Of a stretch of DNA of 64,000 nt, positions 1-8,663 are shown one piece after another. Made by a program: the position numbers and the translations under genes. This stretch comes from an uncultured bacterium. Its GTDB lineage: Bacteria > Pseudomonadota > Alphaproteobacteria > CAJXXZ01 > 1604HC. Each line of letters starts with the position of its first letter. Position 1 is the first letter of the stretch. The stretch lies in contig CAJXXZ010000003.1 of the NCBI GenBank assembly GCA_913063285.1, positions 2,317 to 66,316 of the forward strand. The letters run 5' to 3'. The notes under the pieces were generated by a model. That model ran no database searches and was not told where the DNA came from. It saw only the letters and a program-made list of their open reading frames with translations.

Positions 1-248
1 TGGAATTTATTAAGGCAAAAAATAAATTATTCTTTTTCAGAAAAGCATGAGCAATGGCAATTTTTAAATTTTATTGAGCAAAAAGCAAATAAAATGCAAG
101 TATATGATATATCTGGACATTCAAGTGAAAATCCTTGTTGGAGATTTTGGACAGGACCAACTTTACCGGCTAGTGAGGTAAAACAAGGAGCTATGTTGTT
201 TAAGCAATGTTTTGAAAAATATTTTGCTGATTTTACATTATTCAAATA
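1..248 (+). CDS. 3' end of an unidentified protein-coding gene entering from the left window edge (partial)
   Basis: Frame 1 is open from base 1 to the TAA at 246-248 (82 codons, ending ...GHSSENPCWRFWTGPTLPASEVKQGAMLFKQCFEKYFADFTLFK*). An open frame this long is unusual in such AT-rich DNA, and the W/C/P/G content looks like real protein. The listed minus ORF 27..245 is its antisense shadow. No family recognised. Confidence 0.35.
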
Positions 249-959
249 AGAGATATAAAAAAGCAGTATAAATTTAAAATTATATTTTTTAAATATAAAT
301 TTCTGAAAATTAAACTTATATAACTTCTTGAAAAAATATTAAATATAAAACTGTCTTACAAAATCATTTATAGTTTTGAAAATAGATTTTTTCTACCATT
401 TATATTCTTTTAGATATATCTAATATCTTATTCTTAACTATATAAAAAACCTCATCATCTTTATAAGATATAGTATAATTTTATGAATACTTTCTAATTA
501 TTTTGTTACATTACTTTAATTTGCTTCAAAATTATGTTTTAAGCAGATATACTATTATAGCAATAGTATTTCACTTATCTTGTTTAATGCAAAAATATTA
601 CTTACGATTAAAGCAAATAAATTTAATAAATTTGATTTTTTATATATTTATAGTTTTATTGCATATTTCAATATAATTATATGTATTTCATAAAAGAATT
701 TTTTTAAATATAACTATAGAACTTATTATTATAAATTTGATGAATTTTATATTGTATTTTGTATTATTTATTAAATTTATTTTTTCATCTATATAAGATA
801 ATCACTTGTATTTTAAATTATTTTATGTTTCTTTTAATATTTTTTGAAATTTTAACCAAGATAGTATAAGTATACAGATAATATGTAATAAAAATCTTTC
901 AAGAAAATTTTATTAAGATTTAGTTTGTATCTTTAAAGTTTATATTTTATATCTTACTT

Positions 960-1235
960 TCATCTTTTTTCATTTTGATTGATAAAAAATTTGATCCATA
1001 GTTGAGAACTAAATGGACTTGTTATTAAAATTATTATTAAAAGAAAAAATAGTAAAATTTTATGAGGGTTGCATAACATACATCTTAATATTAAAAATAT
1101 TGTTCCCCATAATCCAAAATTTAATGCGTGAATAGCTTGTTTTTCATCTTTACTTTTTAATATTCCTAATGGAAGTAGTAAAAATGATGTTAATGAAAGA
1201 AATAAAAGAATTACTGATATAATATTTTTTATCAT
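960..1235 (-). CDS. small hydrophobic (about 3 TM) hypothetical membrane protein
   Basis: 91-aa ORF with three hydrophobic stretches. Its start overlaps the stop of the upstream ORF by 4 nt (ATGA), in the same direction as hda. AT-rich DNA can generate I/L/F/K-rich ORFs by chance. Confidence 0.35.
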   Translation of the reverse strand: MIKNIISVILLFLSLTSFLLLPLGILKSKDEKQAIHALNFGLWGTIFLILRCMLCNPHKILLFFLLIIILITSPFSSQLWIKFFINQNEKR

Positions 1236-1510
1236 GATTGATTATTACTTAGAAAATAAGGAATTATTGAAGAAAGTATACAAAGTAATATGGAGTATTC
1301 TATCCAAATTGTATCTTGCTGTAATAATGATAGAGCTATGATAATAAATATATTAGCTTCAATTGCTGCAATCCAACTATACCAGTTGCATTTTCGTAGA
1401 GCAATAATTGTATTTAACATAATTATAATTATAAGCATATTTGTGTATAAGTCTAGCATATAGTATCTCGTATAATCTGCATTGTAAGAGCAGATTGTGT
1501 CAATAAGCAA
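1232..1510 (-). CDS. small hydrophobic hypothetical membrane protein (true start probably internal, near 1459 or 1438)
   Basis: 92-aa ORF with 2-3 hydrophobic segments. The longest form overlaps the hda-like 3' end by 58 nt, and internal Met codons would remove that overlap. No homology recognised. Confidence 0.3.
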   Translation of the reverse strand: MLIDTICSYNADYTRYYMLDLYTNMLIIIIMLNTIIALRKCNWYSWIAAIEANIFIIIALSLLQQDTIWIEYSILLCILSSIIPYFLSNNQS

Positions 1511-2067
1511 TTATTATGTATTTGTATAATAGATGAATGTATACTTTCATAATTTAGTGAAATTTTTTGCAAAAGATAAGCTGCTAATTTACGTGATGCA
1601 TGTAATCCAAAGTCTCGAAATTGCTTTTGTACTATTGGTATTGCACTTTGCTCCGTTAAATCATTAAACTTAACTTTTGGCATTGATTCAAATCTAGAAA
1701 TGATATCATATGGGGCAGTCCATTCTGATATATTTTTATTTGATATCCATAAAGTAGGAATAGATTTAGCTTTTGCATAAAAATATGTATTCATAGTCCA
1801 GCTATGATTTAACAACTTATCTACTTCATCAATTATTATCGGTTGATCAGTAAATTTTATATTTGGATTTATAAATAATGCATTTTTACGCTTTTTCCAT
1901 ATGTGCGCAAGATGTGTTTTTCCTGATTTTGGTTGTGAAAGTAGTAATAGTTGATTTGAACTCCATTTACTTTTACAAATATAGTCAAATGTATTTTTAC
2001 AATTTTTACCTTTATAAAAATCTGATTCAGAATATGATATTTGCCATTTCATACTCAAAAAACTCAT
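1453..2067 (-). CDS. hda: DnaA-related AAA+ protein, HdaA/Hda-like regulatory inactivator of DnaA
   Basis: Walker A LLLLSQPKSGKTHLAHIW, Walker B-like IIIDEVDKL, and a sensor region DIISRFESMPKVKFNDL. The roughly 200 aa size is typical of Hda/HdaA. Confidence 0.7.
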   Translation of the reverse strand: MSFLSMKWQISYSESDFYKGKNCKNTFDYICKSKWSSNQLLLLSQPKSGKTHLAHIWKKRKNALFINPNIKFTDQPIIIDEVDKLLNHSWTMNTYFYAKAKSIPTLWISNKNISEWTAPYDIISRFESMPKVKFNDLTEQSAIPIVQKQFRDFGLHASRKLAAYLLQKISLNYESIHSSIIQIHNNCLLTQSALTMQIIRDTIC

Positions 2068-2069
2068 AA

Positions 2070-3059
2070 TTATTCATCTAACTCGTCAAGGTTATATCGC
2101 CAATTTTTCATTAGAGTTAAAAATAATGGATGAAATACACATGTTAATGGTCCTGCTAACACTAATCCCATAGCACCAAATAATGATCCATATATCATAC
2201 ATAGTGTAATGAAATATAATGGATGTATTCCAATTTGTTGTTTCATTAATATAGGAGAAATAAATTTTCCAGATACTAAAGACCAAACTATCAATCCAGT
2301 AATTACGACATATAACATAGATCCTTTTATTGTACAGATGCAATAAATTATTGCTAAAAGTTGAGATAGAAGAGGACCTATATATGGAATAAATACTGAT
2401 AAAGATATTAATGTTGAAAGTAAAAGAGTTGCATTAGAACCACAAATAAAAAGTAAAATATAATGGTATATAAATGTGAGAAAACATATTGTTACTTGAA
2501 CATGCAACCAACCTTTTAATGACATGAATATACTATCAGTACATTCCACAAATTGTAAATGATAACATTTTGGAAGTGATTTTTGTATTGATGTGGTCCA
2601 CTCTCCCCAGTTTGTAAGAGTATAAAGACTGCATGTTATCATTGTAGCAAGAAATGCAATTATACTCATCATAGTTTTTGAAATATATATGTAAAAAAAA
2701 TTGTCTAATGGTGCATTAGTAATCATGTCGATCATTGATTTTTGTTTGATTCCATCAGGCAACATATTAATAAGATCAGGCATTTTATTCATTAAAAGTT
2801 GTGTTTGATCTTGTAATACCGGAATAAGATACACTATAGTTAATAATAAAATTATACAAATACATAATATAATAATTATCGATGATAGCCCTTTTCGCAA
2901 TCCTCTACTATGTAATGCTTCAAATGGAACAGATAATATATATGACAATACTACAGATGCTAAAATTATACATAATGTAAAGTGAAAAGTTTTATTTAAT
3001 AATATATATGAAGCGGCCACTAAAAGTAGATAACCAAAGTAATCACTTTTATATGACAT
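2070..3059 (-). CDS. AI-2E family transporter (PerM/YhhT, UPF0118) integral membrane protein
   Basis: 329 aa with about 8 TM segments. The C-terminal signature SGKFISPILMKQQIGIHPLYFITLCMIYGSLFGAMGLVLAGPL matches the AI-2E family pattern (..lhPl.v..s...G..l.G..G..la.Pl). Confidence 0.8.
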   Translation of the reverse strand: MSYKSDYFGYLLLVAASYILLNKTFHFTLCIILASVVLSYILSVPFEALHSRGLRKGLSSIIIILCICIILLLTIVYLIPVLQDQTQLLMNKMPDLINMLPDGIKQKSMIDMITNAPLDNFFYIYISKTMMSIIAFLATMITCSLYTLTNWGEWTTSIQKSLPKCYHLQFVECTDSIFMSLKGWLHVQVTICFLTFIYHYILLFICGSNATLLLSTLISLSVFIPYIGPLLSQLLAIIYCICTIKGSMLYVVITGLIVWSLVSGKFISPILMKQQIGIHPLYFITLCMIYGSLFGAMGLVLAGPLTCVFHPLFLTLMKNWRYNLDELDE

Positions 3060-3072
3060 TAAACCTCCACTA

Positions 3073-3145
3073 TAGGCATAATAGGAGTCGAACCTACGAC
3101 CTTTACGATGTCAACGTAACGCTCTAACCACTGAGCTATATGCCT
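3073..3145 (-). tRNA. tRNA-Val (anticodon GAC)
   Basis: The minus strand folds as a cloverleaf: acceptor AGGCATA/TATGCCT, D arm GCTC-AGTGGTTA-GAGC, anticodon stem TTACG/CGTAA with loop TTGACAT, T arm GTAGG-TTCGACT-CCTAT, discriminator A. CCA is not encoded. Confidence 0.9.
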
Positions 3146-3228
3146 TCACAATGAATAATCTCATAAAACAAACTGACTTGTCAATCTTAACTATTGTTTT
3201 AATATGTTTTTTATTCTAAAATTTTATA

Positions 3229-3564
3229 ATGTTTGAAAAAAATATCAATGATGAAGTGGCTGTACATAATGATACTGATCAAAGAACTGCAAATACTTTA
3301 ACAGAAAAAGAACCATCTAATGAAGTTGATGGTGTACAAAAAATTGATAATAAAGTGCAAAAAACAAAAAACAATAAAATGTTTATAAGTGATGAATTAC
3401 GTTTTGGAAAAAACTGTGGAAGAAAAATTAGATGTAATAAATGTAATATAGTGTTTTATAATCTTTTTAATGCAGAACCTAAATGTTTTGAGTGTGGAAA
3501 GATAGTTTCTTCTAAAATTAAACCTGTATCTGACTCATATGAAGATGTAGATTATGATTTATAA
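3229..3564 (+). CDS. FYDLN_acid-family zinc-ribbon protein (TIGR02300-like); true start may be the internal Met at 3379
   Basis: CNKCNIVFYNLFNAEPKCFECGK matches the C..C..FYDLN....C..CG zinc-ribbon signature and is followed by an acidic tail (SDSYEDVDYDL). In the family as I know it the ribbon lies at the N-terminus, whereas here a 50-aa extension precedes it. Confidence 0.6.
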   Translation: MFEKNINDEVAVHNDTDQRTANTLTEKEPSNEVDGVQKIDNKVQKTKNNKMFISDELRFGKNCGRKIRCNKCNIVFYNLFNAEPKCFECGKIVSSKIKPVSDSYEDVDYDL

Positions 3565-4004
3565 TGCTTTTAAATCGAAAGATACAGTATAATTATCATA
3601 TTCACAAAACATTAGAGGTTGGAATGGTGCTTAAAGGTACTGAAGTAAGAACATTACGTATGAGAAAAGGATCCATAGTAGGAGCATATATAGTTGTGAG
3701 AAGTGAGGGTTTATTACTAATGAATATGGATATTCCAATTTATACACATGCAATAGTTAATCATGAGCCTAGAGCTGTACGTACTTTACTAGCACATAAA
3801 AAAGAAATTCGATTTCTAAGAGGAAAATTACAAGAAAAAGGATTAACTCTTATTCCAAAATCACTATACTTCAATAAATTTGGACTTGTAAAAATGGAAA
3901 TTGCATTATGTAGCGGAAAAAATCAATTTGATAAGAGGCAAAGTATAAAGAAGCGAGAGATAGAGAGAGAAAAGATGAGCTGGAGAAAATCGGTAATGAT
4001 TTAA
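3564..4004 (+). CDS. smpB: SsrA-binding protein SmpB
   Basis: 146 aa. The motifs EVGMVLKGTEVRTLR, GSIVGAYI and RTLLAHKKEIRFLRGKLQEKGLTLIPKSLYF, plus the basic C-terminal tail, are typical of SmpB. The start overlaps the upstream stop (TAATG). Confidence 0.9.
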   Translation: MLLNRKIQYNYHIHKTLEVGMVLKGTEVRTLRMRKGSIVGAYIVVRSEGLLLMNMDIPIYTHAIVNHEPRAVRTLLAHKKEIRFLRGKLQEKGLTLIPKSLYFNKFGLVKMEIALCSGKNQFDKRQSIKKREIEREKMSWRKSVMI

Positions 4005-4008
4005 AATC

Positions 4009-4890
4009 ATGCGTTTTTTGTCATTAATTGTAATATTTTTATGTGGAGCTTGGCTATTGTTACCCATTCAAAAAAATATATATATGAATTATCCACAACA
4101 TCAACAAAGTGTTAAGGAAAATCTAATAAATCGTTATAATTTTTTCTCAAAATTGATGTGTTTTCCTACATTAGCTTTAGTTGTGTCAAAAATTTTTCCT
4201 ATTAAGCATGGATTATATGAATTTAAAAAAGGTACACATTACTATCAAGTTTTTAATATACTATGGTATGGTAGTAATCAACATATGTGCAAAATTACTA
4301 TTCCGGAAGGATGGTCTTCTGAAAAAATTTTTGCATATATTCGTGATGATACTAGTTTAAGTGGACCGATGCCTGAATTTGTAGCAAATGGTTACTTATG
4401 GCCATCAACTTATTATTACGTAAATGGTACATCAAGAAAGAAAATAATTGAGATGATGAAAAAAGAGTGCGAGAAAGTTCATAACTTATTGTGGAGTCAA
4501 AAATCTGTATGGAAATCAAAACAAGATTGGATAATATTTGCTTCTATGATTGAAAAAGAGGGAGTTGATTATGATGATAAAAGACAAATTGCAAATGCAT
4601 TATGGTCTAGACTACAAAAAAAAATGAGATTGCAAGTTGATGCTACAGTTGCTTATATAAAAACTAGCGGCATGTATAATCGTATTATTTCAAGAAAAGA
4701 TTGGTGGATACAGTCTCCTTATAATACTTATAGAAATAGAGGTTTACCGATCGCAGCAATTACAAATCCTAGTGAGACATCTTTGATGGTTAGTTTACAA
4801 CCAACTATTACAGACAAAATTTATTATAAGGTTATATCTGCAGGTAAACATTATTTTTCAAGTTCTCTAAAAGAGCATATTTTTGCATGA
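4009..4890 (+). CDS. mltG: endolytic murein transglycosylase MltG (YceG family)
   Basis: N-terminal TM anchor (LSLIVIFLCGAWLLLPI), an IPEGWS motif, and YNTYRNRGLPIAAITNPSETSL matching the YceG signature YNTY..GLPPGPI.NPG. Confidence 0.8.
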   Translation: MRFLSLIVIFLCGAWLLLPIQKNIYMNYPQHQQSVKENLINRYNFFSKLMCFPTLALVVSKIFPIKHGLYEFKKGTHYYQVFNILWYGSNQHMCKITIPEGWSSEKIFAYIRDDTSLSGPMPEFVANGYLWPSTYYYVNGTSRKKIIEMMKKECEKVHNLLWSQKSVWKSKQDWIIFASMIEKEGVDYDDKRQIANALWSRLQKKMRLQVDATVAYIKTSGMYNRIISRKDWWIQSPYNTYRNRGLPIAAITNPSETSLMVSLQPTITDKIYYKVISAGKHYFSSSLKEHIFA

Positions 4891-5326
4891 GATAAAATTT
4901 AGCATTCTAGTTAGATAAGCTAAATATTCAATATAATTATACTCTTACTGATGATGTATTTTAGATTTGTTATTAATATTCAATATAAAGAATAAAATTA
5001 CTATTAAATTTAAATATATACTGGTCATTATTTGTAATAAATAATTTACAGTAATTACTAATATCAAAATTGCAACTTAATTTATTATTATTAAATATTT
5101 TTTATTAAAAAAATTTTAATGAAATTACAAAATACATTTATATAAGCTATATTTTAAAGATAATTTTTATTTTGATTAACTCTTTGCACTAAAAATTCAG
5201 TTTTAAATTATTTTTTTTGATCATTATGTATTTGGTGTAATGGAAATAGTAGTTTTGAGTTATATTAAGTGTTAAGTATTTTGACTAAAATGAAAATTCT
5301 TTAACTGTATTCACTATTTTTATATA

Positions 5327-5857
5327 TTACTTATTTAAAACAGCAAATGCAGTATTTTTTTCAGGATGAACTAAAGTTATATGAGATGGTAATTTAAGAC
5401 AGCTTTCTTTAAAAACATGTCCTTTTGATGTATTAGATGTATCGACTTCAATATAATGAGGAATATTGTCGGCTTTTGCATTTAATACAACATGAACATC
5501 AACTGTACGTCTGCTAATATTTAATGTTCCACCAAGCTTTAATCCTGGAGATTTTTCATGATTAATAAATTTTAGTGGAATTTTGGTACGAATTTTAGTT
5601 GATGGTTTTGGCTCATACAAATCTATATGTAGTTTTTTATAATTTACTGGATGCTTTTGAATTTCCTTTATAATTACATTTCTTGTATTACCATTATGTT
5701 CGATAGAAATAGACATATGTTGATCAATCTCATTTTTTCTGACTTCATCTGCTAAAAGATATCCTTTAATTGATTCTTGAATATCAGGACCATATAAATT
5801 AGCTTGAATCAGAGGTTTGTTCGATGTATTTTCCTGTAGGAATTGCATAATGCTCAT
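5327..5857 (-). CDS. rplY: 50S ribosomal protein L25/general stress protein Ctc
   Basis: 176 aa. The segment NVIIKEIQKHPVNYKKLHIDLYE matches the conserved L25 core (..q.HP....i.HvDf) and is followed by the Ctc-type C-terminal beta domain. Confidence 0.8.
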   Translation of the reverse strand: MSIMQFLQENTSNKPLIQANLYGPDIQESIKGYLLADEVRKNEIDQHMSISIEHNGNTRNVIIKEIQKHPVNYKKLHIDLYEPKPSTKIRTKIPLKFINHEKSPGLKLGGTLNISRRTVDVHVVLNAKADNIPHYIEVDTSNTSKGHVFKESCLKLPSHITLVHPEKNTAFAVLNK

Positions 5858-5891
5858 TATTTAAGATTACATAATTATTATAAAAATATCA

Positions 5892-6812
5892 ATGGAGTTA
5901 TATGTAAAATTATTGTATAATTTTATTGTGAGTCAAAAAAAATGTATGAATGTGGCGATCATAGGTGCGCCAAATGTGGGAAAATCAAGCTTATTAAATT
6001 GCTGGTTAGGTGAGAAAAATAGTATAGTATCTCCTCGTCCTCATACCACTCGTAATAATGTATTAGGAATACTCAACGAAAATGATGTTCAACTTGTATT
6101 TGTAGACACTCCAGGATTTGCAAAATCTAAATTTTTACTAAATTGCGATTTACCTGTTACAAAATCTTCAGAACATTTTGATAATTATGCAATTCAAATT
6201 CAAAAAGCATTACAAAATATTGATTATGTTGTACTTGTTGTTGACGCTATTCGTGTTAATGCTGAAGGAACTGCAAATTTACTGTCAATGTTACTAAGTT
6301 CCTATCAAAACAAATTTTGTGTAATTTTAAATAAAATAGATCGTGTAAAAAAAGGGCAGTTATATAAAATTATTGATGATTTAGCAGCTGAGGCAAATAC
6401 AAAAGTTAATTTTAATCAGGTAATATATTGTGTGTCAGCTTTGATGAAAAAAGGTACAAATGATGTTATAAAATTTTTACAAAGTGTTGCTCAGAAAAAA
6501 GAATGGCAATATACGAATGAATTACCTGTAAAACGAGAAATTTACGGTGCTGAATGTGTGAGAGAAAAGGCATTTTATGTATTAAAGCAAGAGGTGCCAT
6601 TTTTTTTAAAAACTAGAGCGATGAAATGGAATTTTGATGCAAAAAAATGGAATTTAACCGTTAATATAGAGGTGCCACGACTTGGACATAAAAAAATTGT
6701 TATCGGAAAAAATGCAGCTACAGTTAAAACTATCGGCTCCGCAGCAAGATCTGAATTGATGAGTAAGTGGGGAGCAGGCAGTCTATTTGTAAATGTTGAA
6801 GTTGTAAATTAG
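5892..6812 (+). CDS. era: GTPase Era
   Basis: G1 GAPNVGKSS, G2 TTR, G3 DTPG and G4 NKID, plus a C-terminal KH domain (REKAFYVLKQEVPF...HKKIVIGKNAATVKTIG). The true start may be the in-frame GTG near 5928. Confidence 0.9.
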   Translation: MELYVKLLYNFIVSQKKCMNVAIIGAPNVGKSSLLNCWLGEKNSIVSPRPHTTRNNVLGILNENDVQLVFVDTPGFAKSKFLLNCDLPVTKSSEHFDNYAIQIQKALQNIDYVVLVVDAIRVNAEGTANLLSMLLSSYQNKFCVILNKIDRVKKGQLYKIIDDLAAEANTKVNFNQVIYCVSALMKKGTNDVIKFLQSVAQKKEWQYTNELPVKREIYGAECVREKAFYVLKQEVPFFLKTRAMKWNFDAKKWNLTVNIEVPRLGHKKIVIGKNAATVKTIGSAARSELMSKWGAGSLFVNVEVVN

Positions 6813-7477
6813 ATATCATAATAAGTAAAATTTTGACTAGTCACTATAAACCATATATATTAAATATAGTATAATCAAAATATTAAACTTTATGTAGAGC
6901 TTCACGTAATGAAAAAAATTTTAATCTAAACAAGAATAATTATTTTTTAAAATTAATTTTTTGAATGCTTGACAAGTGAATCATATTTAACATATTACTA
7001 ATTTTTTAATTTAAAAACATATTTATAAATATAATATTTATTATAACATATTTCATACCTATTTTATTACATATTTGTAGAAAATATTAAAAAAATCATT
7101 TATGCAAAATTCAAATGAAATATAGAAAATTATAAATATAATAACTAAAAATAAATGTATTTAAACGTAGAAAAATTTAAAAGTTTATTATTTAAAACGT
7201 CGATTGATGCAATTATATAACAAATATCATTATATAATAATTTAAAAGTTTAAAATACAATTAATGATATATCAAATTACTAATATAGTGAAACTTGTGT
7301 TGAAAATGATATATGTATATACATATACCTTTACTTTTAATAATTTTCTATTCAAAATAATTTTGAATTTTTACAATTTATCAGTGAAAATTTATAAAGT
7401 TTTTAATATTTTATAAATAAAGTTATATGTGCGTTTGATATATTAAAATAATAGTTAAGTTTAAAATATCGTATTCA

Positions 7478-8662
7478 TTAATTTTGATCAAATAAATATC
7501 GAAAAATAGCGTTATAGCGCAGAAAACCTTTATTAGTTAGACGAAAACTAATATTTGCATCATAAATAGCATCACCGACATCATGTAATTTTTGCAATTT
7601 ATCAGTTTGTAAAAAAGTGTTATTTACAAGTGATATTCCTTCGTGAGTACGTAGATTCATCAAAAATTGTTCCATTTTAAATATTTTTTGATCAATTTTT
7701 TCAATGATTCCTATGTTATTTTGTAAATTTGATAAATCATGAACAGCTGTATTATTTTGAACTTTTTGTAGCCATTGTTCAGGTAGTTTTAAATTATGTA
7801 TCGCATACCATTCATTATCTATCCAAATTCGACTATGTGCTCCCGGTCCAATACCAATAAACGGCTTGTAGCGCCAATAAGTTAAATTATGTTTCGAGCG
7901 ATAAGATTCATTTTTTGCAAAATTTGATATCTCATAGTGTAAATAATGCTTTAATTTTTGTAAAATCAATTCATATTGATCAGCAATTAGATCATCCTGA
8001 GGCATTTTAAGTTGTGCGCGTTCATATAATTGCCCAAATTTTGTGTTTTTTTCTAATGTCAATGCATAAAGTGAAATATGAGGAAGATTTAAATTTAATA
8101 CAACATCTAATGTTTCTTTTAGTGTTTGTAAGCTTTGATTTGGAATGCCATACATCAGATCTATTGACATATTAGAAAATAGTTGTTGAGCTTTTCGTAT
8201 CCATTGAATTGCTTCCTGTGCTGTATGTGTACGGCCGAGAAATTGTAAAATTTGATCATCAAAAGACTGTACACCAAAGGAAATTCGATTTATTCCAGCA
8301 TCTCGAAATCTTTCTAAAGAATACGATTCTAAAGATGATGGATTTACCTCAAGTGTAATTTCGGGTATGAATGTTGACCATTTTTTCAGTTCTGAAATTA
8401 TTGCTTGAATCCACTCAGGCTTCATTAATGAGGGAGTTCCTCCTCCAAAAAATATACTTGTAATTTTATGTTTTTTCCAAAGTGAAATTTCCTTTAATAG
8501 TCCTTCAAAGTAATGTTCTAGAGTTATTTTTTCACGAACATGACTATTTAGATCACAATAAAAGCATTTTTTTCGACAAAAGGGCCAGTGAATATAAACT
8601 GCAATCTCGTCGTTATTATTAATTTGCTCAAATACCATATTTTTTCTATTCTTCATATTCAT
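7478..8662 (-). CDS. hemW: radical SAM heme chaperone HemW (HemN-like, oxygen-independent coproporphyrinogen III oxidase family)
   Basis: CxxxCxxC radical-SAM motif (YIHWPFCRKKCFYCDLN), a GGGTPS motif, and the HNxxYW motif (KHNLTYW). Its start lies 1 nt from the pheT stop, so co-transcription is likely. Confidence 0.85.
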   Translation of the reverse strand: MNMKNRKNMVFEQINNNDEIAVYIHWPFCRKKCFYCDLNSHVREKITLEHYFEGLLKEISLWKKHKITSIFFGGGTPSLMKPEWIQAIISELKKWSTFIPEITLEVNPSSLESYSLERFRDAGINRISFGVQSFDDQILQFLGRTHTAQEAIQWIRKAQQLFSNMSIDLMYGIPNQSLQTLKETLDVVLNLNLPHISLYALTLEKNTKFGQLYERAQLKMPQDDLIADQYELILQKLKHYLHYEISNFAKNESYRSKHNLTYWRYKPFIGIGPGAHSRIWIDNEWYAIHNLKLPEQWLQKVQNNTAVHDLSNLQNNIGIIEKIDQKIFKMEQFLMNLRTHEGISLVNNTFLQTDKLQKLHDVGDAIYDANISFRLTNKGFLRYNAIFRYLFDQN

Positions 8663-8663
8663 A

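Noticed and set aside
27-245. 72-aa minus-strand ORF at the left edge
   Set aside because: It is the antisense shadow of a plus-strand frame that is open from base 1 to 248 and has a more protein-like composition. No start context supports it.
1878-2343. ORFs 1878..2069 (+) and 2092..2343 (-) overlapping hda and the AI-2E transporter
   Set aside because: They are embedded in, or antisense to, genes with clear family signatures. Their composition is the I/F/Y/K/N-rich type typical of chance ORFs in AT-rich DNA.
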